NCBI RefSeq assembly: GCF_006345805.1
Contig: NC_043021.1
Coordinates: 4,526,001-4,590,000 of the forward strand
Direction: 5' to 3'
DNA length: 64,000 bases
DNA from: Octopus sinensis
Lineage: Eukaryota
The position numbers were made by a program, and so were the translations under genes. Every line of letters starts with the position of its first letter. The first letter of the stretch is position 1. Positions 50,690 through 62,950 of the stretch are shown in pieces. Below the pieces are notes generated by a model, which was not told the DNA's origin, ran no database searches, and was given only the letters and a program-made list of their open reading frames with translations.

Positions 50690-51330
50690 GGGCTACTAAT
50701 AGTTTCATGCTTTTATGATACTTGAACAGGCCTATTCATAGAATATGCCATATATCTAAAAGCTATCTCTCAAACTCTCTTTAAGCGTTATATATATTTT
50801 AAAATCAAGCATAGTCAAAAAGTAAGAAAAACGTGGAAAAATGTGAAGAAGGTTGGTGCAAAAAATAGAACCAGAAAAAGAAAAAGAAAAAGAACAGAAT
50901 CAAGAACACTAAGATCTTCGTCCTCTCTGATAGCAGAAAGTTCATTAAATATAACGGGTTTAGAACAGAATAACAGAAAATATCTGAAAGTTTTCATGGC
51001 GCCAATTGAATCCGGTGCAATTTTTGGCCTCCAATTCGATAAAAGAAACCTGTCTATGTGTCTATACCTGTTAAAAATTTCAGATCTCGAATTAAGCAGT
51101 GTGTTGGAATTGCTGGATCTAAAAAGAATATGATATCTTTCTGCTACGAATAAGTTGCATTTCTTAGATCCATTTACACATGACTTGGATTTCTCCCCTA
51201 TTCTCCACTGAATTTTATGTAGAGCAGAACTGATCGTCAAATTCCATGCATGGCTAACCAACTTGGTTGCATTAGTTTTATTGCTGTGTGGAGAGAAGAT
51301 GGTGGTTTGCATAAAGGCTTTGCTTTTAAA
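50690..51330 (-). mobile_element. Penelope-like element 3' end (C-terminal part of the GIY-YIG region plus pLTR-like tail)
   Basis: NATKLVSHAWNL...IQWRI...GSKKCNLFVAERYHIL...LLNSRSEIFNRYRHIDRFLL resembles the PLE C-terminus (T.LS..+W.L, C.LC..EK, LLN.R.E...CRH). Confidence 0.75.
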
Positions 51331-51338
51331 AAGATATA

Positions 51339-51407
<69 letters not shown>

Positions 51408-51498
51408 TTATGTGCAACAGCAGAAGTAGTATTAGCTAGCTGTATATCATACTTAATTGGGCTTTCCGTTATGCATCTAAATTACATTTGACACAATT

Positions 51499-51542
<44 letters not shown>

Positions 51543-51848
51543 ATATATCTATATATATATATATATATATACATATATATATAAGAATCTTGTATTTCCG
51601 CTCGTTCTATGAGCGGTGTTAGCGTGAATATATGATCTATCGTACGTTGGCTCTTACGGAAACCAGCTTACTCTCTCGGCTGTCGGTCATCGAATTGTTT
51701 TGATCGTCTGGTGGCTATGGCATTTGTAAACAACTTATACATATATATATATATATATATACAACTGATGTAGGATAACATTTTTTTCGAAAAAAATTTT
51801 ATCAATGGCCAGCATATAAAAAAATACCTTTAAAGGTTAAATTCATAA

Positions 51849-52196
51849 ATAACTTATAAAATAAGGGCAAAAGGAAAATTCTAATGCCAAATATTCCGAA
51901 AAAAAGACAAAGTTGTCAATAACCATTATAATTTATGCGTCTCGAAACAAGCCAATAGAAATTTCTATGGGTATGAGTAAGTATTTCATTTATGTCTTAC
52001 GTATTTATCGCTGAGGAGGGGAAAATTCTTATGAATTAACCCCGAAATTGGGACCAATACGGTAATAACGGATTTTTTAGAAATTTCTATTGGCTTGTTT
52101 CGAGACGCATAAATTATAATGGTTATTGACAATTTTGTCTTTTTTTCGGCATATTTGGCATTAGAATTTTTCTTTTGCCCTTATTTTATAAGTTAT
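51849..52196 (+). mobile_element. 119-bp inverted repeat with a 110-bp spacer containing an intact hammerhead; between (TA)n arrays
   Basis: Arms 51849-51967 and 52078-52196, 3 mismatches. Confidence 0.9.
52005..52065 (+). ncRNA. Type I hammerhead ribozyme, fully consensus core
   Basis: ttatcg CTGAGGA gggg-aaaattcttatgaattaa-cccc GAAA ttgggaccaa TA cggtaa: 6-bp stem I, G-C stem II, ttgg/ccaa stem III; predicted cleavage after A52059. Confidence 0.88.
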
Positions 52197-52619
52197 ATAT
52201 ATATACGCACACATGTACATATGTAGCAAAGAACTCGGAATGGTCGCAACTAGAATCTACTCGATTTTACCGGGGACTAAACAATAACAAGAACAATAAC
52301 ACTATTATACAATATTGTTATATAACGAACTACACTGTAATACGCGGCGCTATAAAACTCTATGTTACACCTCACCATGTCACAGTGTGCCATACACAGC
52401 ACGTTTTGGCAAACGTCACTGAACAATTTCATACCATACTATAGTAATCCAAACAACCCTGCGATATACTCCGACATGCTACGTCTAACACCACCTCAAT
52501 GCATTCCTATACACTGTTCCACACTATACTTAAGTGCACTATAATGCAACAGCTACTGCAATATCTAATGAACACTATCACAGACGTCACGATTCTCTAC
52601 CCCGCTACCCCGGCCAAAA

Positions 52620-53270
52620 GCCAGCACTACTACCTCCACGGCAACAATAAAAACCACCACCATAACCATGACCATAACCACCGTAATCATCACCATGACC
52701 ACAACCACCACCACCACTATCACCACCACAACTACTACCAATCACAACCGCCGTCACCACCGCCACCACCACCACCACCACCACCACCACCACAAACGCC
52801 ATCACCACCGCATCCATCACAACCACCACCACAACCACCACAACCACTACCAATCACAGCCGCCGTCACCACCGCCGCCACCACCACCACCACCACCACA
52901 AACGCCATCACCACCGCATTACAACCATCACCTCTACCACAGACGCCACAACCATAATCACCATCACTACAACTACCACTACCACCACAGCCACTTTCAT
53001 CACGACGACCACCACCTCAGACGTCACCATCATCAGGACCACCACCACCACCACCACTATCACCATGACCACAACCGCCACCGCCACTACCAACACCACA
53101 CCTATGACCTCTATGACAACAAAAGCCACACCAGCGCCGCCACCACCACCAGCATCATTACAAACAACAACCGTCACACACATCCCCACCATCACCACCA
53201 GGGCAAGATAAATCATCGCTACAACCACCACCACCACCACTACCAAAGCCATTCCCCACAAACAATACGA
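52620..53270. repeat. (ACC/ATC)n triplet tract with an internal duplication of about 130 bp
   Basis: actaccaatcac(a/g)ccgccgtcaccaccgcc...acaaacgccatcaccaccgcat occurs at about 52733 and about 52846. Confidence 0.88.
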
Positions 53271-54213
53271 CATTACATCTCATGAGGTAATATGGTCACT
53301 TGCTATGCCAGACATAGCAGCCAAATCTCGTTGAAACTATACCTTACTGTTTTTGTTTTATCGTTACACACTTGGAAAATGTCGTCTGGTCAACATTACG
53401 TCTGTCTGAAAAAAAATTGAAGACATGTAACAAAGTGGTCAGAGTATGTCTCTGACCATCGGTGTTTTTACCCATATCATTACACAGACAGAGGTATAAA
53501 CAAAATAATTATCACCCCCCCAACAACCACCAACAAGAACAAAACCTACTAATACTACTACTACTGCTATATTCTTTTCTTCTTTTCCCAACGCCATAAC
53601 ATGGATTATCGTGGCTCGGATTACCGTGGCGAAACATGTTGATTACCTCATCCCCCCGCTCTAAAAGTAGACTTCCATCTTATTACAGTTTGACGAAAAC
53701 GTATTTGTTAATTTAAAAAAAAATTCTCTGTTTATTTTCTTCGAAAGGACACGAAGAAAATATTACAATATTACATGTGAGAGGTGTTAATTTGCCTCGA
53801 CCAATTGCCGGTCGGTCTAATAGATGCTCAGAATCGTTTCCCGGTTTTATGCTGTTTTAAACGATAATTAAACTTTTTTTGCTTGAAACAAAAAAAAAAC
53901 AAAATAAAAAATAAATAATATATAAAAAAAGAACTAAACAAAACAAAAGACAAAAATTAAAAATTCCGAAAAAAAAAAATAAAGTGAAAACTTACTCCCT
54001 CCCATCGACTCTCCTACCCCCAAGTGAAAGCAATAAACTACCAGTTGCATCTTCAGCGAAACGACATTTTATTTTATTCAGAAACTATTTATTTTTCAAA
54101 TTTGTTTATTTCTATTTTTCAATGACTTTTCTTTTGTTTTCCTTCTATTGTTACAAATCTTCTGAAACAAACGAGAGAAATAAAGATCACGAATGCATAC
54201 ACACAAACAAACA

Positions 54214-54276
<63 letters not shown>

Positions 54277-54377
54277 AAACACAATACACAGATACAGACA
54301 CAGCACACAACACACACAAATGCTCATATTTCTGACATGCAGAGATACGATCACAAACATACATACTTATACATACA

Positions 54378-54419
<42 letters not shown>

Positions 54420-54422
54420 TAT

Positions 54423-54455
<33 letters not shown>

Positions 54456-54554
54456 TAATCAATTTAGGGTAGCAAAAATTTCGTAAAATTTATCGCTACC
54501 AGAGGCCTAAGGGAAAAGAGAAAATAGTCAAGGACTAAATATGTATTAAATATA

Positions 54555-54895
54555 ACAATTTAGGAATGGCCTAGACAGGCCATAAGTTTGGCGCGAATGC
54601 GTTGGTCTTGAAAATTTTAGACAGATATTCCCGAGGATTGATACAGTCGCCTCGTATATATCCGTCTCTCCCAGGTTTCTTTTACTGATGAAGTGTAACC
54701 TATGGTAGACTAGCTTAATTTAATTTAATTAAGCTGGTCTATCATTAAGACACTGAAACGATGCATCGTATATAAAGATGAATTAGGGTAAATGTTTTTA
54801 ATTTTCACCTATTTCGAATTACACTACTTGGCGGTTGGAGTTATGGCTGCTCTTTCTAGTGGACGAATGGCCTGTCTAGGCCATTCCTAAATTGT
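54555..54895 (+). mobile_element. Perfect 29-bp inverted repeat enclosing a long-stem-II hammerhead; between (TA)n arrays
   Basis: acaatttaggaatggcctagacaggccat at 54555-54583; its reverse complement at 54867-54895. Confidence 0.85.
54678..54778 (+). ncRNA. Type I hammerhead ribozyme with extended stem II
   Basis: tctttta CTGATGA agtgt...(tggtagactagcttaatt/aattaagctggtctatca)...acact GAAA cgatgcatcg TA tataaaga; palindromic stem III, GUA site, stem I 7 bp with one bulge. Confidence 0.85.
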
Positions 54896-54896
54896 C

Positions 54897-54927
<31 letters not shown>

Positions 54928-55050
54928 GTACTTGCATGTATGTATGGATATATGTATATATTTATGTATATATGTATACACACAGAGACATATATGCACA
55001 TAATTTATGCAGACATACATATGCGTATATATCTGTATATATATATTATA

Positions 55051-55105
<55 letters not shown>

Positions 55106-55146
55106 TATATATTACATATGATATATATACATATGCATATATATAT

Positions 55147-55185
<39 letters not shown>

Positions 55186-55186
<1 letters not shown>

Positions 55187-55420
55187 AAAGTGGTGCTCCA
55201 GTATGGCCGCAGTGAAATGACTGAAACAGGTAAAAGAATAAAAGAATATATATATAATTGGCGCAGGAGTGACTGTGTGGTAAGTAGCTTGCTTACCACC
55301 ACATGGTTCCGGCTTCAGTCCCACCGCGTGGCACCTTGGGCAAGTGTCTTCTACTATAGTCTCGAGCCGAATAAAGCCTTGTGAGTGGATTTGGTAGACG
55401 GAAACTGAAAGAAGCCCGTC
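55186..55420 (+). mobile_element. SINE family A tail followed by a family A head
   Basis: Tail 55186-55245, head 55259-55420. Confidence 0.85.
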
Positions 55421-55719
55421 GTGTGCGTGTGTGTGGTGTGTGTGTGTGTGTGTGTGTGTGCGTGCGTGTGTGCGTGTGTATGCGTACGCATGCATACATA
55501 GATATATAACTACAAGACAGTTATAGCAATACATGCACAAAACCATACGCACGTACACATGAATGAACACGAAACTATCACACACACACACACACTCATG
55601 GATACGTGTACATACACATACATGCACACATACATATACGCACATATTCTCAATTAAAAATATACAAACACGTACTTAAACACAAAGACAGAAATATATA
55701 CACAAACCCACAGAGCTCA

Positions 55720-55761
<42 letters not shown>

Positions 55762-55994
55762 CACAAAACTTTTTCAAAATTCGAATGTGTATGTACGTCA
55801 TTGAAATCTATTTATGAATGGAAAAAAAAAATTTAAATATTAAAAAAAAAACCTCTAAAAATAATTTTGAAAATTCCCTAAAACCTAAAAGATTTTAAAA
55901 CAATACAAAACATGATTATGATGGAAAATTCACAAAAGGTGACACACATTAGAGGTGAACAAATTAGGTATGTATGATTTTTTTTTTTTTTTTT

Positions 55995-56403
55995 AATTAC
56001 TATTATTCTTATTGTTATAATAATAATTATTGTTGTTGTTGTTAATATTATATTATTATTATTATTATTATTATTATATTATTATTGTTATTATTATTAT
56101 TATTATTATCATTATTATTATTATTATTATTATTATTGTTATTATTATTATTATTATTATTGTTATTATTGTTTCAATTCTTCTGACTTGTGAATAATAG
56201 AACGCAAAATGACAAACTAATAAAATCTAAATTGAATGTAGAATCGTCAACATGCATCTTATTGTTCTTTGTTTATTACTGATGTTGTTGTTGCTGTTGT
56301 TATTGTTAAGTACGACATGTTCTGAAGTTCAAATTGTATCGAGATCTTCTTTGCCTTTTATCTTTCTGGAGGAGAAGTGAAGCCTCCCTTCTCCTTTTCT
56401 TAC

Positions 56404-56439
<36 letters not shown>

Positions 56440-56515
56440 CCATCAACATCAACATCAACATCGTTATCATCTTCATCATCATCATCATCGTCATCGTCAT
56501 CATCATCATCATCAT

Positions 56516-56546
<31 letters not shown>

Positions 56547-56562
56547 GTCATCGTCGTCGTCG

Positions 56563-56598
<36 letters not shown>

Positions 56599-56609
56599 CC
56601 ACCACCACC

Positions 56610-56669
<60 letters not shown>

Positions 56670-56690
56670 GTCATCATCATCATCATCATC
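55995..56690. repeat. (ATT)n and (ATC/ACC)n microsatellites
   Basis: Direct reading. Confidence 0.95.
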
Positions 56691-57651
56691 AAGCTCTGGA
56701 CAATTGTTCTCGAGTTCTAGGACTCACAAGTCTAGTTTCCATGGCGCATAAATGCGCGAGATCATCGCACTATTGCCCCAGGACAGAACGCTAGTTCGAC
56801 GCAGAGTTACTCTTTTACAGCAATTGACCACGCGCCTTCATTAGCACTATACCCTTTCCTGAAAATTTTAGCCCTTGAGTCTATGTCAGATGCTTTTACT
56901 AGGATTATAACACGTTTTGAGTTCAAATCTCACCGTGGTCAGACGGGGATTCCCGAAATTGCTTGTGTGCTTTTCGGCCTTGGCCAGGCCGTAAAGATGT
57001 TTTTGAAGTGCCAACAGATCTTTAAAATCGTCTTTATCAATAATCAATAACCTTGAGCGCTTGATTCTCGCCTCCTCAATCTTTACAGCATTTCGTTTGT
57101 CGTCTTTTATGTCCATTATTAGAGTAAGATGGACAGGGTTCACCCTTCGGTTAAAACACTCAGTGAGAAAGTCGGGTTACAAATGGAGGCCTCTTCATAA
57201 GGGGATCCTAGCCCAATGTTTGCCTTTTGCTTTGTCACTCTTACTCTTTTTACTATTACCAACAGCGACATAACCTCACTCTGTATCCTTATCTCCATCA
57301 CGGCCGCAAGACGATCGGAAATGTTTCTACTGATCAAAGCTTCGAGCTCAGAGGTTTGTAGGCTGGCTAAAATCAAAAACTAGATCTAGCGGCCCGAATG
57401 GGGCGGACGATTATTCCTCAAAACCCTCTTCATAATATACACCAAAGTAAATGGATAAGGGATTCAATATACATCATAATGGATTTATCAACAATAAAGG
57501 AAAGAGCGAATATGAGATGCTATCAAAGTTTCTATGCAGAGAGGGAGGATAACTTATCCACATGGTGTGTGTGTGTGCGCGCGCGCGCACGTGCATGTAT
57601 ATATGTATATATGTGTGTGTATATACAAATATGTATGCATCTATCTATTTA

Positions 57652-57684
<33 letters not shown>

Positions 57685-57687
57685 CTA

Positions 57688-57743
<56 letters not shown>

Positions 57744-57838
57744 TAATATTAATTCGAGACAAAACCACTACTTTGCAAATCAAACAAGGAAAGACTTAAT
57801 CAATACATAAAAAATTTTAATATAAAGTAAATAAATCG

Positions 57839-57882
57839 CCACTACAATTGTTTCATGTCTTCAAATGACATTCGTCAGGTGG
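57839..57882 (-). ncRNA. Minimal type I hammerhead ribozyme, intact (sister of 12245-12290)
   Basis: ccac CTGACGA atgtc-atttgaa-gacat GAAA caattg TA gtgg, within a 160-bp module (57735-57900) homologous to 12225-12390. Confidence 0.87.
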
Positions 57883-58105
57883 ATTTCCGATCTTCTAGTC
57901 ATATTTAATTTATGAAGTTATATATATACATATATATAATAATAATATTAGTGAGTACAACTCCAAACTTTACAGGGAAAAATTCAATTTGGTATTAAAT
58001 CAAATTTCACAGTATAAATATATAAAGTATAAAATATGAATTAGAGATAAAACCACTATTATGCAACTCAAACAGTGAAAGACATAAACCAATACATAAA
58101 TAACC

Positions 58106-58176
<71 letters not shown>

Positions 58177-59502
58177 TATATATATCATACATATACACAT
58201 GCATAATACATACACACGCACACACAAACGCATTCATATGCATATGCAATCCTCTGAAATAAGAACTCTTAGTGAGGGAAAAGAGACATAAAGTGCCCAA
58301 ATGAATGCATATCGTTCTTAAGAAGATCAAGGTTTCATAGAAAGCTTACTCTATTTCTGCTGTAAAATCTTTTACTGTCGTTCATATCACTGAAATCTAC
58401 TGAGACGATCATGTCTGTATAATTGAAGTGAAAAGAAAATGTATCCCCTCTTTTAGAATATGAATTCATAAACTTCTTATTCAGTCGTTAGGTAAACAAA
58501 AGGTTCTCTAAAGTGAATTGACTTGACTAACTGGAACTGGTGTTAATCATGAGTCTAATTTAGTTTCGCCTGTGAATGCATGCGGAATTTTCTAAATTAG
58601 AAAAAAATTTCTTCATAAAATTATACTGGACGCTGGAATAAATATTATCGCAGGTCGGATCCGACCAGCGAGCTGTACACTTGACATCTCTGCTGAGGGC
58701 AGTCCAGGGCTGGTGAAGCACGACCCTCGGCATCTCAGGTTTCCCTGTTAGTAACAAATGAGGATGAGAATGACTGAAATATGGAGATCCGTTCTCAAAG
58801 ACCCACCCAATTAGAATTGATTATTTAAAAGAAATAATATATAAAAAAAACACAAATAGGGAACAAAAACAAATCACAGAGCGAAACAAAGGAGCAGAAC
58901 ATAAAGAAACCAAATCCCTCTCCTCCAATACACACGTGTTTATATTAGTGACCAATAAAAAGCAGACCAGAACAACAGAAAATATAAATAAAAGGGAAAA
59001 TGAGGAATGTTTAAGAGTAGAAATTCTTTAAATGAGAGTCAGGAACATAATGTTCACCTAAAGAGAAAAATAAATAATTAAAAGGACATATTTTCTTAAT
59101 GACTGACGAAGGTATTTCTCTTAGACAAAGCTTAATGATGACAGTAAAAAGAAATCCATCCCGTAAATCTGCCCAACGGAGAAAATGAAAACAGACTCAA
59201 ACGTCATTATCAACAGGTTAAATTAAATGATATTGAGAATGAAAAAAAATTATAAAAGAAATCCCGCTGCTTGAAAATTGATAGATTTCTTGAATAAACA
59301 CTCAAACTGAATATTTTTTAGTTAAGTCAAATAATACAATTAAATAAATTGTAATTCCATGCATTACTAACAAGAAGAGGATTTGGGGAAGGAGTAGAGA
59401 GAGGGAAAAAAATCGCCACAAACGACATTTGTTCAAAAATAATGAACGGTCGTAAGAGGAGGCCATACCAACACAAGAAATAGCCTGGTCGATTCTAGAA
59501 AC

Positions 59503-59812
59503 GACAACTGTTCCTTCTCCTTCTCGAGCCACGCCTGGCTCATAAGGGCCGGTTTCCCGGTTTCCTTGGTGTATGGGTTCCCAACCTAGACGGGACGCCG
59601 GTCCGTCGCAGGTCAGCTGCAAGATGCAAGAGGAAAGGGTAAGAGAAAAATGAGGCGAAAGAGTCAGCAGAAGTTTCGCCATTACCTTCTGCCGGACCGC
59701 ATGGAGCTTAGGGGTTTCGCTCATAAACACACATATCGCCCGGTCTGAGATTCGAATGCGCGATCCCTCGACCGCGAGTTCGCTGCTCTAACCACTAGGC
59801 CATGTGCCTCCA
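59503..59812 (-). mobile_element. SINE family C variant, tail type 4, full length
   Basis: Head tggaggcacatggcctagtggttagagc...; tail gacctgcgacggaccggcgtcccgtc...gaaaccgggaaaccggccc. Confidence 0.9.
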
Positions 59813-60079
59813 CAGAAACGACAACTGCAAGGCTCCAGTACACGCTAGCACCCACAAAACTCTATTAAAATATTTAACTGGGACTCACAATATGCTAACA
59901 GAGAAATTTAATGAAATACTGACAAGACCAGAAACCCCCCCCCCCCAAAAAAAAAACACTTGTCTGGTTTATTGGTCAATCTTTTGCCTCCTATAACCCA
60001 CTTTTCGCTATTTATCCAAAGCAGCTGATCTCCAAATATATTAAATCAAAAGGATACATTACTTTACTTACTTATTTAA

Positions 60080-60480
60080 TGAGACCCTTGTACTTCATAC
60101 TTTGCTGTTACATTTTTATATTTGAGCTAAAATTTGTGATTTTTAATAGTCTAATATCTCCTCGAATTCATGCATAGGTCATATTTCTTTCTTTGTTAAG
60201 GTTTTATTCTCTGCACTCAATCCACATTCTACCAGTTACGAAGCTGGAAAGCACTATAGTATTTTTGTAATTTCAGACCCCATGTTTGGATACAGCTGTT
60301 TAGATATATTTGACAATCATAATTCAGTTATTCCACCTCTTGCAAATTTGTATTTTCATTTTAGTTCAATAAGTTCTTAGAAATTCACTGACGGATGCTA
60401 TATCACAGTCAAAACGATCCATCGTCCATGGCTGTACTTCAAATGAAAATAAATCGACTACTTAGTTCTATTCATTTTAA
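60080..60480 (-). pseudogene. hAT (Buster/Charlie-type) transposase C-terminal dimerisation-domain fragment
   Basis: ELIELK*KYKF...KQLYPNM...KIL*CFPAS*LVECGLSA...TLTKK and, in another frame, RGDIRL; recognised as the FP.SYLVE.GFS / RGDLRL motifs. Confidence 0.7.
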
Positions 60481-61209
60481 ATTTTCTGGTCATATTTGCT
60501 GTGAGATCAAATTTCATAGCTTTATTAGAAAATGAGCTGTTGTGTATAAGACATATACCGTAAATCCACGAGTATTATCCGCCCTTGAGTATAATACTCA
60601 GGGGATTTTTAGGGGGCTGTACCTCTGAAAAACCCAAACCTTGTGTATAATACGCACCCTTTCTCTAACTTGAGTCAAGGAGGTCTATATAACGTCCTTG
60701 GTTTGTAAAAATGTATACGGTAACCTCCTTTATTATTATTTTATATATAACATAATGCAAACGTGTAACTTTTTTGTGCATTTTGTTTGCAGAAAATAAA
60801 GAAATAACAGTAATAACGTTTAATAAATGTTGCTTACTGCAAGTTATGGATGATTCTTTTATGACTTCATTGCTTTCAGGACATTGCTTAGAAAATAATT
60901 TTCATTTTTAACCTCGTATATAGTACGCACTAGGGATTTTGACCTTTAAATTTTGGAAAAAAAAAAGCGGATTATACTCGAGGATTTACGGTAGGCTGTT
61001 TTCGATGAAGCAAACTTTCTACAAAAGCGTAAGACAAATACTTCTCCAATACAGTCTACACTTCTCTTTTTGCAAGCCATGATTAAAGAGGCAAAGAGTA
61101 TGAAAATAGAATTAATAAAAAATGATACCTCGCTTACTCTTAAAATTATTTCCACCATATCTCAACGTAAGTTATGCAATTAGTTATTAATACTGATTTT
61201 AAACTTTTG

Positions 61210-61545
61210 CGGGGAGGGGTAAGTCGATTACATCGTCGCCAGTACTCAACTGGTACTTATTTTGACGACTCCAAAAATATGAAAGGTAAAGTGGACCTCG
61301 GTGGAAATTGAACTGAGAACGTGTTGTGGTAATATTAATAACTAATTGCTGGTAGAAATAATTCTACCAGGAAAATGCTTAAGCGACATTTCGTCGTCTT
61401 CATGTTTTGAGTTCAAATTCTGTCGGTCGACTTTGCCTTTCATCTTTTTGGGGTCGATGAAATAAAGTAACAGTTGAGCACTGGGATCAATGTAACCTAT
61501 TTACCCCCTCCCCGAAATTGCTGGCCTTGTACCAAAATTTGAAAT
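61210..61545. mobile_element. Two older family B-related SINE pieces in opposite orientation
   Basis: Minus 61210-61330, plus 61370-61545. Confidence 0.7.
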
Positions 61546-61821
61546 CAATATTATCAGAGTACCATTAAATTTCAGAATATTACTATCTCCATGATAATAA
61601 TTGAGCAAGACACGCTTGTAACAACTACTATTCAAAGACTGGTACGCACCAATCGATCTGACAACCAATTATTATTGTTGTTGGTAATCGTCAAGCGCTT
61701 GTATCCTTATCTTTAAAGGTATTTAAAGTTTTTTTTTTCGAAATTAATAGCAGCAGACTACATTATTCAGGTCATTTACTATTAATTGACATATTTTTTT
61801 ACTTCTAATTTTTTTTTTACT

Positions 61822-62020
61822 ACCCACAAGGGGCTAAATACAGAGGGGACAAACAAGGACAGACAAACGGATCAAGACGTTTACATTGACCCCAGTGCGT
61901 AACTGGTACTTAATTTATCGACCCCGAAAGGATGAAAGGCAAAGTCGACCTCGGCGGAATTTGAATTCAGAACGTAACGGCAGACGAAATACGGCTACGC
62001 ATTTCGCCCGGCGTGCTAAA
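61822..62020 (-). mobile_element. SINE family B (extreme head missing)
   Basis: Consensus match. Confidence 0.9.
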
Positions 62021-62714
62021 TTATGGTATTTGTAACTAATTATAAAAAAAAATATCTCATTTAAGTCGTAAATGACCTGAATAATGAAGAAAAAAAACTT
62101 TAAAGATAGATGGCATCAAAAACGCGGAATCTACTTCACCGTTTTATGTTCCTTCAATACACAGGAGGAAATAAAATTTTTATATATAAGTACCATATCC
62201 CTATTATTTATAATATTACATTATGATACTATTTTCGTCAAATTTCATTTTAATACATTGGTCACATGTAAGTGTACGAACACATGGGCGACATTTTGCC
62301 TTGCGTTTGTTAATTCGCCATTGCAAAATATAATTATTTACGAATGTTCACATTTACATAAAGTATTTAAAAATATATATATCCATTTGTTTGTGAGAAG
62401 TTATCATTCCTTCAGCTGCTGCAACATCGTCCCCCTAGGATGCAACATCACCCCCGTTGAGAATGCCAGACCAAGACTAAAGACACCCTAAAAGCTGTAA
62501 ATCCTTACTACAGCTTAAAAGGCCTTAATTGTAATAATATCACAGAATAATATCACAAAGATCTGGAGTAAAACCCGTTTTGAGGAGAGAGAAAGATCTG
62601 TGTATGAATGGATTGACTACAGGATGGCTGTGGCCAGTATTTTCCTGCATTTGGATTCTGTTAAAAAGTCAGAAATAAGATAGCACTAATAACTGGCAGG
62701 TATATGAAACATAA

Positions 62715-62950
62715 GGCGGCGAGCTGGCAGAAACGTTAGCACGCCGGGCGAAATGCGTAGCCGTATTTCGTCTGCCGTTACGTTCTGCGTTCAAATTCCG
62801 CCGAGGTCGACTTCGCCTTTCATCCTTTCGGGGTCGATAAATTAAGTACCAGTTACGCACTGGGGTCGATGTAATCGACTTAATCCGTTTGTCTGTCCTT
62901 GTTTGTCCCCTCTGTGTTTAGCCCCTTGTGGGTAGTAAAAGAAATAGGTA
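62715..62950 (+). mobile_element. SINE family B, full length, 14-bp TSD
   Basis: TSD ggtatatgaaacat at 62699-62712 and 62947-62960. Confidence 0.93.

Noticed and set aside
56886-57395. Two protein-like minus-strand ORFs (85 and 78 aa)
   Set aside because: No recognisable domain; possibly a TE ORF relic, not assignable.
1597-57810. Dozens of ORFs rich in YI, TH, CV, YV, II, HH or SS runs
   Set aside because: Translations of di-, tri- and tetranucleotide microsatellites; no splice or compositional support.
58570-58755. GC-richer island with possible acceptors on both strands (minus frame GKPEMPRVVLHQPW...)
   Set aside because: Strand, frame and donor are ambiguous and no motif is recognised; could be an exon but cannot be supported without RNA data.
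59097-59215. CTGACGA with downstream GAAA
   Set aside because: Stems II and III and the UH site could not be formed.
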